From a virus (lineage: Duplodnaviria > Caudoviricetes), in the IMG/VR virus record IMGVR_UViG_3300005837_001445, positions 1-27,959 of that record: a stretch of DNA of 27,959 nucleotides, one strand, 5' to 3'. Below the pieces are notes generated by a model. The model was not told the origin of the DNA. It did no database searches and was given only the letters and a program-made list of their open reading frames with translations. Positions 6,884 through 15,089 of this stretch are shown piece by piece. The first letter of the stretch is position 1; every line of letters starts with the position of its first letter. Made by a program: the position numbers and the translations under genes.

Positions 6884-8500
6884 TCATGCCGGATGACAAA
6901 CGGCATATATACTACCACCTAGATTAGCCGTTCCTCCCTGTGTATTTTTGAATCTTATCCTTAAATTAGAACCATTTACGTCAACTTCTATTTCACCAAT
7001 TGCTGCTGCACCATCAAAAATAATTCCATATTCTGTAAAGTCAGCAGTTGAACCATTATAATGAGCCATTATATCTACTGTTTGTACTTCATTATTAGTT
7101 GTATCTTGAATATGTGCTGATGCTTTAATTGCTACGAAATTAGCATAAGGTACTTCTAATAAAGTAATATAACTATTATTTGCTGTACTTGTAGCATTGA
7201 CATGTTTCGCCATTGTTTTAACTCCACTTTCAGAATGAGTTAAGCCCCCTATTCCTCCTGTTCCATCTATTGATACTACATCGGTTTGTGTACCATTAAC
7301 AGCAACATTAAGGAACATAGTACCATCGTGTGAACCGTCGCCAACGGTTGTGGATTCTTGTCTTATACTTCCGTATGCTCTAGCATTTCCGTTAACATCT
7401 TCACCATTCAATTCTATTTTACCTAATATATCGTTAGCGGTGGGGGAAGCAGTATTTCTATACAAAGTTAAAACAGGGCCGTTAGTAGCATCCGATTCAT
7501 TATCCATAAGTAATAGCGTTTTAGGATAAGTATCTACATCATCATTAATTATTGTAACTACACCGTTGCTTATTGGATTAGTACCTGTACCAACTTCTAA
7601 TGCTGTTGGTATATCAACAAGACCTGCACTTGTTCCTTTAATCCAAGTAACGCCACCATCACCGGATGCGATTATTAATTGGTCGTCTGCTGTTGCTGAA
7701 TCAGCATCAATAGCACCGATAATTACGTTATTATCTCCCGATGTTATATTATCCCCTGCATTTCTTCCAAGCATTATATTATCTGTACCTGTATTAATTG
7801 AGCCACCTGCGGTTACACCAATTAAAGTGTTATTACCACCTGACGTTACGTTATCACCTGCACCATAACCTACAAGTGTATTTGCAGATGATGTTGCGTA
7901 GTAACCTGTTGCATAACCAACAAATACATTTTGCCCACCACTTGTTAATACCCTACCTGCATCTGCACCAACCGCTACGTTATTACCTGATGTGCATTGA
8001 CCTAAAGCAGAATATCCTACCGCTACGTTTTGCCCATTTGTTGTAACAGCGTCTAATGCTTGATAACCAACTGCTACGTTTCGACTTCCGCTAGTAATTG
8101 ATGCACCTGCATTGTAGCCATTAGCGGTATTATCACTTCCTGTATTCAAACCACCTAAAGCATTGAAACCTATTGCTGAGTTATTATCTCCCGAACTTAA
8201 TAGTCCTAAAGTTCCTCTTCCAAACCCTGCATTGAATTGTGAACCACTCATAGAAGCGGAAGGACTACCCGCAACAAGAGAATTACTAACTAGAGCCACG
8301 TCTGATAAATCACTAAGTTGAGAAGCACCTGCATTTGCATCAACATATTCTTTAATCGCACCTGATGACATTATGTGGTCGTCAGTATCAACATGCTCAG
8401 TTCCTATGTCAATATCATTGAAAGTATGCCCTCCGAGGGTTATACCTTCTGATACTATTAAGCCCTTTTTTACTTTGAAATCTTTTTCTGTTCCTGCCAT
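6884..8500 (-). CDS. Tail fibre/adhesin 3 with beta-roll repeats
   Basis: N-terminal MAGTEKDFKVKKGL, about 11 N-x-x-[VI]-G-x-x-A repeats, and a C-terminal domain shared with fibres 1 and 2. Confidence 0.78.
   Translation of the reverse strand: MAGTEKDFKVKKGLIVSEGITLGGHTFNDIDIGTEHVDTDDHIMSSGAIKEYVDANAGASQLSDLSDVALVSNSLVAGSPSASMSGSQFNAGFGRGTLGLLSSGDNNSAIGFNALGGLNTGSDNTANGYNAGASITSGSRNVAVGYQALDAVTTNGQNVAVGYSALGQCTSGNNVAVGADAGRVLTSGGQNVFVGYATGYYATSSANTLVGYGAGDNVTSGGNNTLIGVTAGGSINTGTDNIMLGRNAGDNITSGDNNVIIGAIDADSATADDQLIIASGDGGVTWIKGTSAGLVDIPTALEVGTGTNPISNGVVTIINDDVDTYPKTLLLMDNESDATNGPVLTLYRNTASPTANDILGKIELNGEDVNGNARAYGSIRQESTTVGDGSHDGTMFLNVAVNGTQTDVVSIDGTGGIGGLTHSESGVKTMAKHVNATSTANNSYITLLEVPYANFVAIKASAHIQDTTNNEVQTVDIMAHYNGSTADFTEYGIIFDGAAAIGEIEVDVNGSNLRIRFKNTQGGTANLGGSIYAVCHPA
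7715..8236 (-). repeat. About 11 copies of a 16-17 aa protein repeat (YadA-head-like beta-roll)
   Basis: NNSAIGFNALGGLNTGS / DNTANGYNAGASITSGS / RNVAVGYQALDAVTTNG / NNVAVGADAGRVLTSGG / NNTLIGVTAGGSINTGT and similar. Confidence 0.8.
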
Positions 8501-8527
8501 TTAATCACCATGATTTTCACTATCCAA

Positions 8528-10873
8528 TCACTTTACTAATACTGTATTCACTATATTATACGAATATGTACCGCCATTTCCTGTAGCGGGTGTGAATTTT
8601 AAATCAATAGTTGTAGTCCCTTTAACAGCATCAAATGAGCCTAAATCAGAAGCGGCAGTGCCTATGTATGCGTATGTTGTTAGATATACAGCAGCATCAT
8701 TTGCTGGTGCAGATGCACCTTTGTAAGTAACTAATACTTCTGCTACATCAAAATCTGTACCGTCACTAATTTGACAAACAAACTTTGCTGTTCTAAATGT
8801 TCCAAAAGCATAACTAGCAACCGTTTGTGCGGTGTTCTCGGACCAACTTTGACCTGTGGCTGTAGATGTATCTAAAACAGCAATTGCATCAACGCTCACA
8901 GTGTTTGCTTTTACTTGTCCAGCGCTGCTATAGATTACAGCCTTACTGTTGACTACAGTTCCTGCACTTGAGCCATCTAATAGATTAATTTCACCAGCAT
9001 TAGATGTTACGTTAGTGCCACCAATGTCGAGTGTTGTTACTGAGATTTCACCAGCGACTGTTACTAGGCCGCTTGCTAATGTGATTAGGTCTGTGTCAGT
9101 ATTATGCCCGATTGTAGCACCAGTAATTGTTACATTAGATGATTTTAAACTATCACCTGTTATTATATCAGTTGTGGTGATTGCGTTACCTGTGCTTATT
9201 GTACCGAAGCCGGATGCTATTGAACCACTAGACAAGACATCAACAGAAGTAAGAGAAGAAAATACTACAGCAGCGCCTAGTGTTGTTGCATCAAGCGTAG
9301 TAGCACCGTTTATGCTCAAATGACTTCCGCTTACTAAATCTAAATCATTACTAACAGTCCAACCATTACTTGAATCATACTTAATACTGTGTAGAGAAGT
9401 TCCGGGTGCAAATACACCTGAACCATCAGCAGTACCCTCCGTAACATTTGCAGAAGAGTGTTGTAAATCAGTAGCACCAACAGTACCACTGGCAGGTGAC
9501 ACAAAAGTGAAAGTATTTGCGCCAGTGTTAGTTACTAGATACACATTATCTGTAATACTATTACCAGCGTTAGAAATGTAAACATATTCGTTGGTTGAAA
9601 AACCATGAGATGTAGATGTTACAGTGACTGTTGTTCCGCTTCTTGTGTATGAAGCAGTTTCCATTCCACCAGCAATTCCAAGAACCATTGATTTATCTTC
9701 GGCAACAATTGCGGTGCTGTTAATTACTGTCTGTTCACCATTCACGGTTAGATTACCTGTAATAGTTACGTTGTCTCCAAAAGTAACTTCTGAAGTTCCA
9801 TGTCCGATAGTAATTGGTACTCCTGAAGTGGCAGTACCGATTGATATACCATTTGAAGTATTTGAGTTATCTATATTCAAAGAAGTAGTAGCGTCTAGTG
9901 AAATTGTTGCACCATCAACTGTTAGATTATTATTCAAATCTGCCGCACCACTCACAGTAAGACCTGTGAGAGTTCCAACTGCTGTAATTTGACCGCTTTG
10001 GTCGGCATCTACAGCGATTACAGCATTAGTTGCAGTTAGACCGGCACCAGCGAACAATGTTGCTAAAGTGTTAACTGTACCTTTTACAGTATCATTACCC
10101 GCTGTGCTTGAATCACCAAAGGCGATTAAATCTCCCGCTGCAAAGTCCTCTGATGTGGCGAGGTCATCAACATCTAAAGTGAAAGTCATATCGTATGGGT
10201 CAACATCTGTACCATTATCTGTGTCTGTCCAATTGGTAGTAATTCCCTCACCAATAAACTTTATTTCTTTACTTGTGGTGATTGCTAATTCTGTGCCATC
10301 ATCATCTTCTAATTGGAAACCTGCACCCATTCCGTCTGCTCCTGATGCAGAAGCGGCGGCTGTCCATTTACTCCCATCCCATGCTAATACCTCACCTGAA
10401 CTCGGAGTGCTATCCTGTCCTAATTGAATAATATTACCTGCGTTATCCATTACTATAACAGGAGTAGTATCATGTGCATCTCCTAAACCAATTTCAAATT
10501 GATTTGCGCTATCATCAATACCAAGTCTGTAATTTATTTCAGCACCATCGAAAACCAATAATGTATCTTCTGCGCCATTATCCCCAATTGTTAATTTGGG
10601 TGTAGTACCAGTAATTACAACATCTTGAGGGAAAGTAACTAAAGGTGCTGAATTAGTAGTATCTACTTTCATAAATACTGAGGAACCAGCATCTGTAATT
10701 GTAAAAGCACCCGCTTGGTCATCAGCAGGTTTTAGCGTAATTGTGCTAGCGTCTGGTGTAATCTGGCCTAAAGAAATACCACTAACATTACTGATGCTAT
10801 TATCACTCATATTGAGTGTTCCATTCACCACCATACCTGCTTTTACCTTAAAATCTACTTCTGTTCCTGCCAT
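8528..10873 (-). CDS. Tail fibre 2 (about 781 aa)
   Basis: G/T/S/A/D-rich fibre composition. Start revised to ATG10873: the GGTGA SD at 10879-10883 overlaps the track's GTG start, and the N-terminus MAGTEVDFKVKAG matches fibre 3. Confidence 0.78.
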   Translation of the reverse strand: MAGTEVDFKVKAGMVVNGTLNMSDNSISNVSGISLGQITPDASTITLKPADDQAGAFTITDAGSSVFMKVDTTNSAPLVTFPQDVVITGTTPKLTIGDNGAEDTLLVFDGAEINYRLGIDDSANQFEIGLGDAHDTTPVIVMDNAGNIIQLGQDSTPSSGEVLAWDGSKWTAAASASGADGMGAGFQLEDDDGTELAITTSKEIKFIGEGITTNWTDTDNGTDVDPYDMTFTLDVDDLATSEDFAAGDLIAFGDSSTAGNDTVKGTVNTLATLFAGAGLTATNAVIAVDADQSGQITAVGTLTGLTVSGAADLNNNLTVDGATISLDATTSLNIDNSNTSNGISIGTATSGVPITIGHGTSEVTFGDNVTITGNLTVNGEQTVINSTAIVAEDKSMVLGIAGGMETASYTRSGTTVTVTSTSHGFSTNEYVYISNAGNSITDNVYLVTNTGANTFTFVSPASGTVGATDLQHSSANVTEGTADGSGVFAPGTSLHSIKYDSSNGWTVSNDLDLVSGSHLSINGATTLDATTLGAAVVFSSLTSVDVLSSGSIASGFGTISTGNAITTTDIITGDSLKSSNVTITGATIGHNTDTDLITLASGLVTVAGEISVTTLDIGGTNVTSNAGEINLLDGSSAGTVVNSKAVIYSSAGQVKANTVSVDAIAVLDTSTATGQSWSENTAQTVASYAFGTFRTAKFVCQISDGTDFDVAEVLVTYKGASAPANDAAVYLTTYAYIGTAASDLGSFDAVKGTTTIDLKFTPATGNGGTYSYNIVNTVLVK

Positions 10874-10886
10874 TTTTTTCACCTTA

Positions 10887-13319
10887 TTATATTGTTAATC
10901 CTTGCCAATGCACCTTCACTACGATGTTATCTCCGTTTGTGAGAGGGGTGACTTGTAATTCAACGTTACTACCGTTTATATCCACATCATATGTGCCATT
11001 ATTAGTACCACCTGAGTTAACAATTCCATATGTTGTAAGGAAAGCGGTGGTAGCAGCACTACCACCAGTCGCCCCATTTGTAGTAATTATCATCTCAGCA
11101 GTTTCATGAACATCACCTGTCTTATTATCTATTTCCACAAGTAACTTAGCGGCTCTAAATTCTGTTCTATCAAATAACGTTACTGCTATAGGTGTACCAG
11201 TACTAGAACTAGCAACTTCCGTTTCATTATAATCAAAACCGACTTTTTCCACTTGTAAAGTTGCTAACGGTGTCGCTTGATTAACTCCTACTCTGGGAGT
11301 TCCTGTATCTACTTTCAAAGCACCTGATGCGATATTTACTGTACTACTACCTGTAATTGTTGTAAAGTTACCAGCGCCATAAACTGTATCAAAATACCCA
11401 TTAGCCCATCTAACGGTATTACTACCGAGGTTTTTACTGCTATCAGAACTTGGGAAAAGATGTTGATTAAAAGTCCAAGAATCGGTAGCATCTTTGAATA
11501 GAATAGTTTTGTTGCTATCTGAAGAAATTAATGTAATACCACCGTCGTTTATCGCTGCATCATCTCCAACACCATTACCTAATTCTATATTTTTATCATC
11601 AAGTTGTATAGTAGTAGAGTTTACCGTAGTAGTTGTTCCATTTACTGTTAAATCACCAGTTACAACTAAATTTTGACCTACTGTAAGGGCGGCATCACTT
11701 GGCCCTATTGCGGTTATAGTAGGTTGTGAAGCGTCAATATTGATTACAGCACTAGAAGCGGTTAAACCTGTACCCGCAAATAATGTAGCAACATCTGCTA
11801 TTGCCTCTTTTTTAGTAGTATTAGAATCGTTTGTGTCAGAGAAAGAAATAAAATCTCCATCTGCTATCGCTCCAGCACTTAAACCATTAATATCCATTGC
11901 AAGTGTGTCTCCATCTCTCAATATTTTAGTCGAACCTTGGTATAATCTATTTGCATCAGAAGTATTCAACCAGAGTGTATTACCAGAAGTAGCACCCGTT
12001 ACAGGATTAGACGACTGAGGTGTTAATTCTAAACCAGTGGGGTCAATAAGCCCAGTTACAGTTAATTTACCATCTACAGTTAATTCGTTTGTACCAGTAT
12101 CAAATGTTAAATTAGCACTACTTGTAAATCCACCAGAACCATCAGAAATTTGTAATCTTGTTGATGCACCATTTGAGCCGCCTGTTGCAGTTGTCCCTTG
12201 AAATAATCTAACCCAAGCAGAGGAATCAGCATCATAAGCGAATGTTGTAGAAGAAGTAGGAGTTACAGCCTCATTAAGCCCAGTAGAGTCAAAGGTTAAG
12301 TTAGCCTGTCCTGCCGAATTAGCATTTGAGATTGTTATAGTATGTCCTGAAGGAAATGTACCACTAGGATTTAGTGTTGTAGCGGTATTTGTTGTAAATC
12401 TAAATAATGAGCCTCCATCAAAAGTGAAAGTTTTAGTTCCTCCACCACTTGGTACGGTAACCAATTTTGTTGGGCCTAACTTGAATGTTCTTCTTGCCCC
12501 ATCTTGATATCCAGAAAAATACAAAACGTCGTTAGTCTCACTTTGTCCACTATCATCTGGTCCTCGACTCATCCATAAAGCACCTAATGAAGATGCGGTA
12601 AAGTCACCAGTTTCTGTATTTGCAGAAGCATGGAAATTATCTAAATCAGCAGAAGAATCAATACTAGCACTAGAATCACCTGTTAATGGTGCTAAATAAA
12701 TTGGAGAAGGTCTTACAAAACCTCTTTTATCATTTATTTCTGAAATAGTAATATTTAGGTCATTCGCACCAGCCGCAGAGGAATTGTGTGTGGCTCTTAT
12801 TGTAGCAATTACAAAAGATTGTTTTGATGTAAGTGAAGATGATGGGTCAGTTAAGAAAGAATTTGGCGTTAACGGGTAAGCGGAAGCAGATGTCACTGGT
12901 GTACCTTGCTCCCATTTTATTGCGTTATTAGTACCATCAGAACAAAGATAGACAACAAATAGACATTCTTGTCCACTAGTTAATGCTGTTGTAGAGCCAT
13001 TTTTATTAGCACTTCCACTGTTTATTGTAATATTAGCAGTAGCACCATTCCCACCACAAAAATTGTGTAAAACATTATCTAAAACGACATGACCTCCTTT
13101 TACATTTACAATGTGTGTATCTCCGGTAGTGGCTATAGCACCTGATAAATTAGCAGGAGTATTTCTATTACTATTATCTGATATAGCATCTTCCAATAAT
13201 AAAATTCCATTACCTCTTCCTAATTCATAGAGATTTGTAAAACTAGGAGAAAGTATGTGGCTACCATCAAATAGTCCTTCATTTGAACCCTTAGTATGTC
13301 CTGTTAATGAGTTTGCCAT
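10887..13319 (-). CDS. Tail fibre 1 (810 aa) with a probable N-terminal virion-anchoring domain
   Basis: Fibre-type motifs (GDLTVNGTTTTVNSTT..DDKNIELG; NLGSNTVRWANGY; RVGVNQATPLATLQV), the shared C-terminal domain, and a GGAGGT SD upstream. Confidence 0.78.
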   Translation of the reverse strand: MANSLTGHTKGSNEGLFDGSHILSPSFTNLYELGRGNGILLLEDAISDNSNRNTPANLSGAIATTGDTHIVNVKGGHVVLDNVLHNFCGGNGATANITINSGSANKNGSTTALTSGQECLFVVYLCSDGTNNAIKWEQGTPVTSASAYPLTPNSFLTDPSSSLTSKQSFVIATIRATHNSSAAGANDLNITISEINDKRGFVRPSPIYLAPLTGDSSASIDSSADLDNFHASANTETGDFTASSLGALWMSRGPDDSGQSETNDVLYFSGYQDGARRTFKLGPTKLVTVPSGGGTKTFTFDGGSLFRFTTNTATTLNPSGTFPSGHTITISNANSAGQANLTFDSTGLNEAVTPTSSTTFAYDADSSAWVRLFQGTTATGGSNGASTRLQISDGSGGFTSSANLTFDTGTNELTVDGKLTVTGLIDPTGLELTPQSSNPVTGATSGNTLWLNTSDANRLYQGSTKILRDGDTLAMDINGLSAGAIADGDFISFSDTNDSNTTKKEAIADVATLFAGTGLTASSAVINIDASQPTITAIGPSDAALTVGQNLVVTGDLTVNGTTTTVNSTTIQLDDKNIELGNGVGDDAAINDGGITLISSDSNKTILFKDATDSWTFNQHLFPSSDSSKNLGSNTVRWANGYFDTVYGAGNFTTITGSSTVNIASGALKVDTGTPRVGVNQATPLATLQVEKVGFDYNETEVASSSTGTPIAVTLFDRTEFRAAKLLVEIDNKTGDVHETAEMIITTNGATGGSAATTAFLTTYGIVNSGGTNNGTYDVDINGSNVELQVTPLTNGDNIVVKVHWQGLTI

Positions 13320-13320
13320 T

Positions 13321-13665
13321 TTACTTTACCTCCATGATAATTTGAACTTTCATTTCATTACTAGAATCTTTTACAATTGGTCTTATAGAATGGCGGGATA
13401 TTGGTGTAAACCCGCTAGTTCCGCGTAATCGGAGGTGTATCTCCTTGATAGAGTCATTGAAAGATTCATTAGTTGGAAGGGTTGCTTCAATCAAAAGTGT
13501 GCTAGTATCTATCACCGTTACGGTGGGCGTTACGGTCACAGCAGGTCTTCCAATTGAGCCATCACTAGATGTTGCTGGGGTACCATCAAAACCAAAAACA
13601 ATTTCATTAATATTTGATGCAATAGTTTCAGTTAATATTCTTTTTAGGTTATTCGATACTGCCAT
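13321..13665 (-). CDS. Small tail-collar/baseplate-attachment-like protein
   Basis: EIVFGFDGTPATSSD...IEATLPTNESFNDSIKEIHL...PIVKDSS resembles the tail-collar fibre N-terminal (DUF3751-like) pattern. GGAGG SD. Directly precedes the fibres. Confidence 0.55.
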   Translation of the reverse strand: MAVSNNLKRILTETIASNINEIVFGFDGTPATSSDGSIGRPAVTVTPTVTVIDTSTLLIEATLPTNESFNDSIKEIHLRLRGTSGFTPISRHSIRPIVKDSSNEMKVQIIMEVK

Positions 13666-15089
13666 TATATTTCCTCCACAAATAAATTGTTAAATCCTTT
13701 TACTACACCGATTGCCTCTTGTCCTTTTCCAATAGTACTTCTACCTGCATTTTTTCCAATAATAAATCCACTTGAGTTTACTGGTCTAACAGACACTACG
13801 GCTGTGACATTGATATTAAGTTCATTGAACAAACTCATGTCTTCAACCTTAATTTGAGTAGTATTGTCTGGACTTGATTGACTATCTTGTGCGACTAAAC
13901 CACCAGATAATCCTTGAATTATTCCATCTACACCTATATCTAAAGATAAAAATTCAAAGTTAGAAATATTTTGAGCAGCAATATGTTTACACTCCATCAC
14001 TACATATTTTACACCATCATAAGATACAATATTTCCCGGTCTTAAATCCCAAGCATTTACGTGTCCATCTGTTGACAAAGAACCTTGACCCACACTATTT
14101 GCTTTGAGAATTTGTCTCGCTATTATTCTAGCCTCTTTTTCATTCTTCACTGTAATGTCAAAAGTAGGAGATAAAGTAGATTGAATATTTGTATTAAATG
14201 CTCCTTGTTGTCTAGATAAATCATTTACTGTAACTTCTGTAGGGTCGTTTAAAGCAAGAGGTATTCCTCTAACTGTAATGCTATTAGCAGTGTCATCTAC
14301 GGGGTTTCTCACTTCTGAACCCGTTCTATCTCTACTTAACAAAAGTTTACTTGTATCTGAAAAATTAAATGGAACATAAAGTAAATTAGAAAATCTATCA
14401 AACATAATTACTCTGTAATCATGCCTAGAAATAAATTTCAAAGCGCTTAAAATATTTATATTTTTAAAATCTTGAGCAAGGAATTTTTGACTGTGCATTC
14501 TTCTGTTAAAATTAGAATTAGAAATTTTTCTAGAACTTCCAATATTTACACTAGTTACCGTATCTGAAATATCTTTTGTTAATTGAATTGCTAAATCAGT
14601 GGTTCTTAATCCTACATCTATTGGTTGCGCTAAATGGATTTCATTTCCTACAAATCCTAAATCTGAAATTGACTTACCCTGCATATTTTTTAGATTTACA
14701 GTTACACCTTTTGTATTTGTTTCAAAAGAATTGGGTTTTAGTCTTTGAGTAGAATCTAAAGAATTGTAAAATAAAACTAAATTAGAATCTCCAGATTTTA
14801 TATTACCACCTTCGTAGTAAGGAGACCCCTCATATTTATGTCCAGCAGCAGGGGAATGTGTTAATTCAACCGCAGATGATGATTCATTTATTTGATATGT
14901 ATTTTGAGTTGCTACATGATAAGTTGTGGCTTTTTTATTTTCTATAGTAATTTTATTTTTGTCAGATGTTTGAGGATTTAAAACTGCGTAATGTATAGCG
15001 TTATCCACTAAAACTGGTTTTCTTATGTCATTCATCACAGCGTCAAGGGATGCGTCAAATGAGCCAGTTGCATCTTCAACTAATGTCAT
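13665..15089 (-). CDS. Putative baseplate hub / tail-tip protein
   Basis: LSALKFIS...IMFDRFSNLLYVP, NSITVRG, EARIIARQIL and LRPGNIVSY..YVVMECKH follow the motif order of hub/Tal-like proteins. ATGA overlap with the giant gene. Confidence 0.55.
   Translation of the reverse strand: MTLVEDATGSFDASLDAVMNDIRKPVLVDNAIHYAVLNPQTSDKNKITIENKKATTYHVATQNTYQINESSSAVELTHSPAAGHKYEGSPYYEGGNIKSGDSNLVLFYNSLDSTQRLKPNSFETNTKGVTVNLKNMQGKSISDLGFVGNEIHLAQPIDVGLRTTDLAIQLTKDISDTVTSVNIGSSRKISNSNFNRRMHSQKFLAQDFKNINILSALKFISRHDYRVIMFDRFSNLLYVPFNFSDTSKLLLSRDRTGSEVRNPVDDTANSITVRGIPLALNDPTEVTVNDLSRQQGAFNTNIQSTLSPTFDITVKNEKEARIIARQILKANSVGQGSLSTDGHVNAWDLRPGNIVSYDGVKYVVMECKHIAAQNISNFEFLSLDIGVDGIIQGLSGGLVAQDSQSSPDNTTQIKVEDMSLFNELNINVTAVVSVRPVNSSGFIIGKNAGRSTIGKGQEAIGVVKGFNNLFVEEI

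Larger units (their letters stand above)
6119..8509 (-). promoter_or_regulatory. Recurrent GTGATTAAAT ribosome-binding cassette at three consecutive gene starts
   Basis: On the - strand: GTGATTAAATG (6119-6129), GGTGATTAAATATG (6870-6883) and GGTGATTAAATG (8498-8509). GGTGA is the typical archaeal SD. Confidence 0.7.

Noticed and set aside
7566-13693. Many + strand ORFs (7566, 7798, 8949, 9624, 10068, 10924, 11494, 11740, 13445)
   Set aside because: They are antisense shadows of the fibre and collar genes. Their V/P/L/S-rich translations are what the complement of T/G/A/D codons gives, and I saw no motifs.
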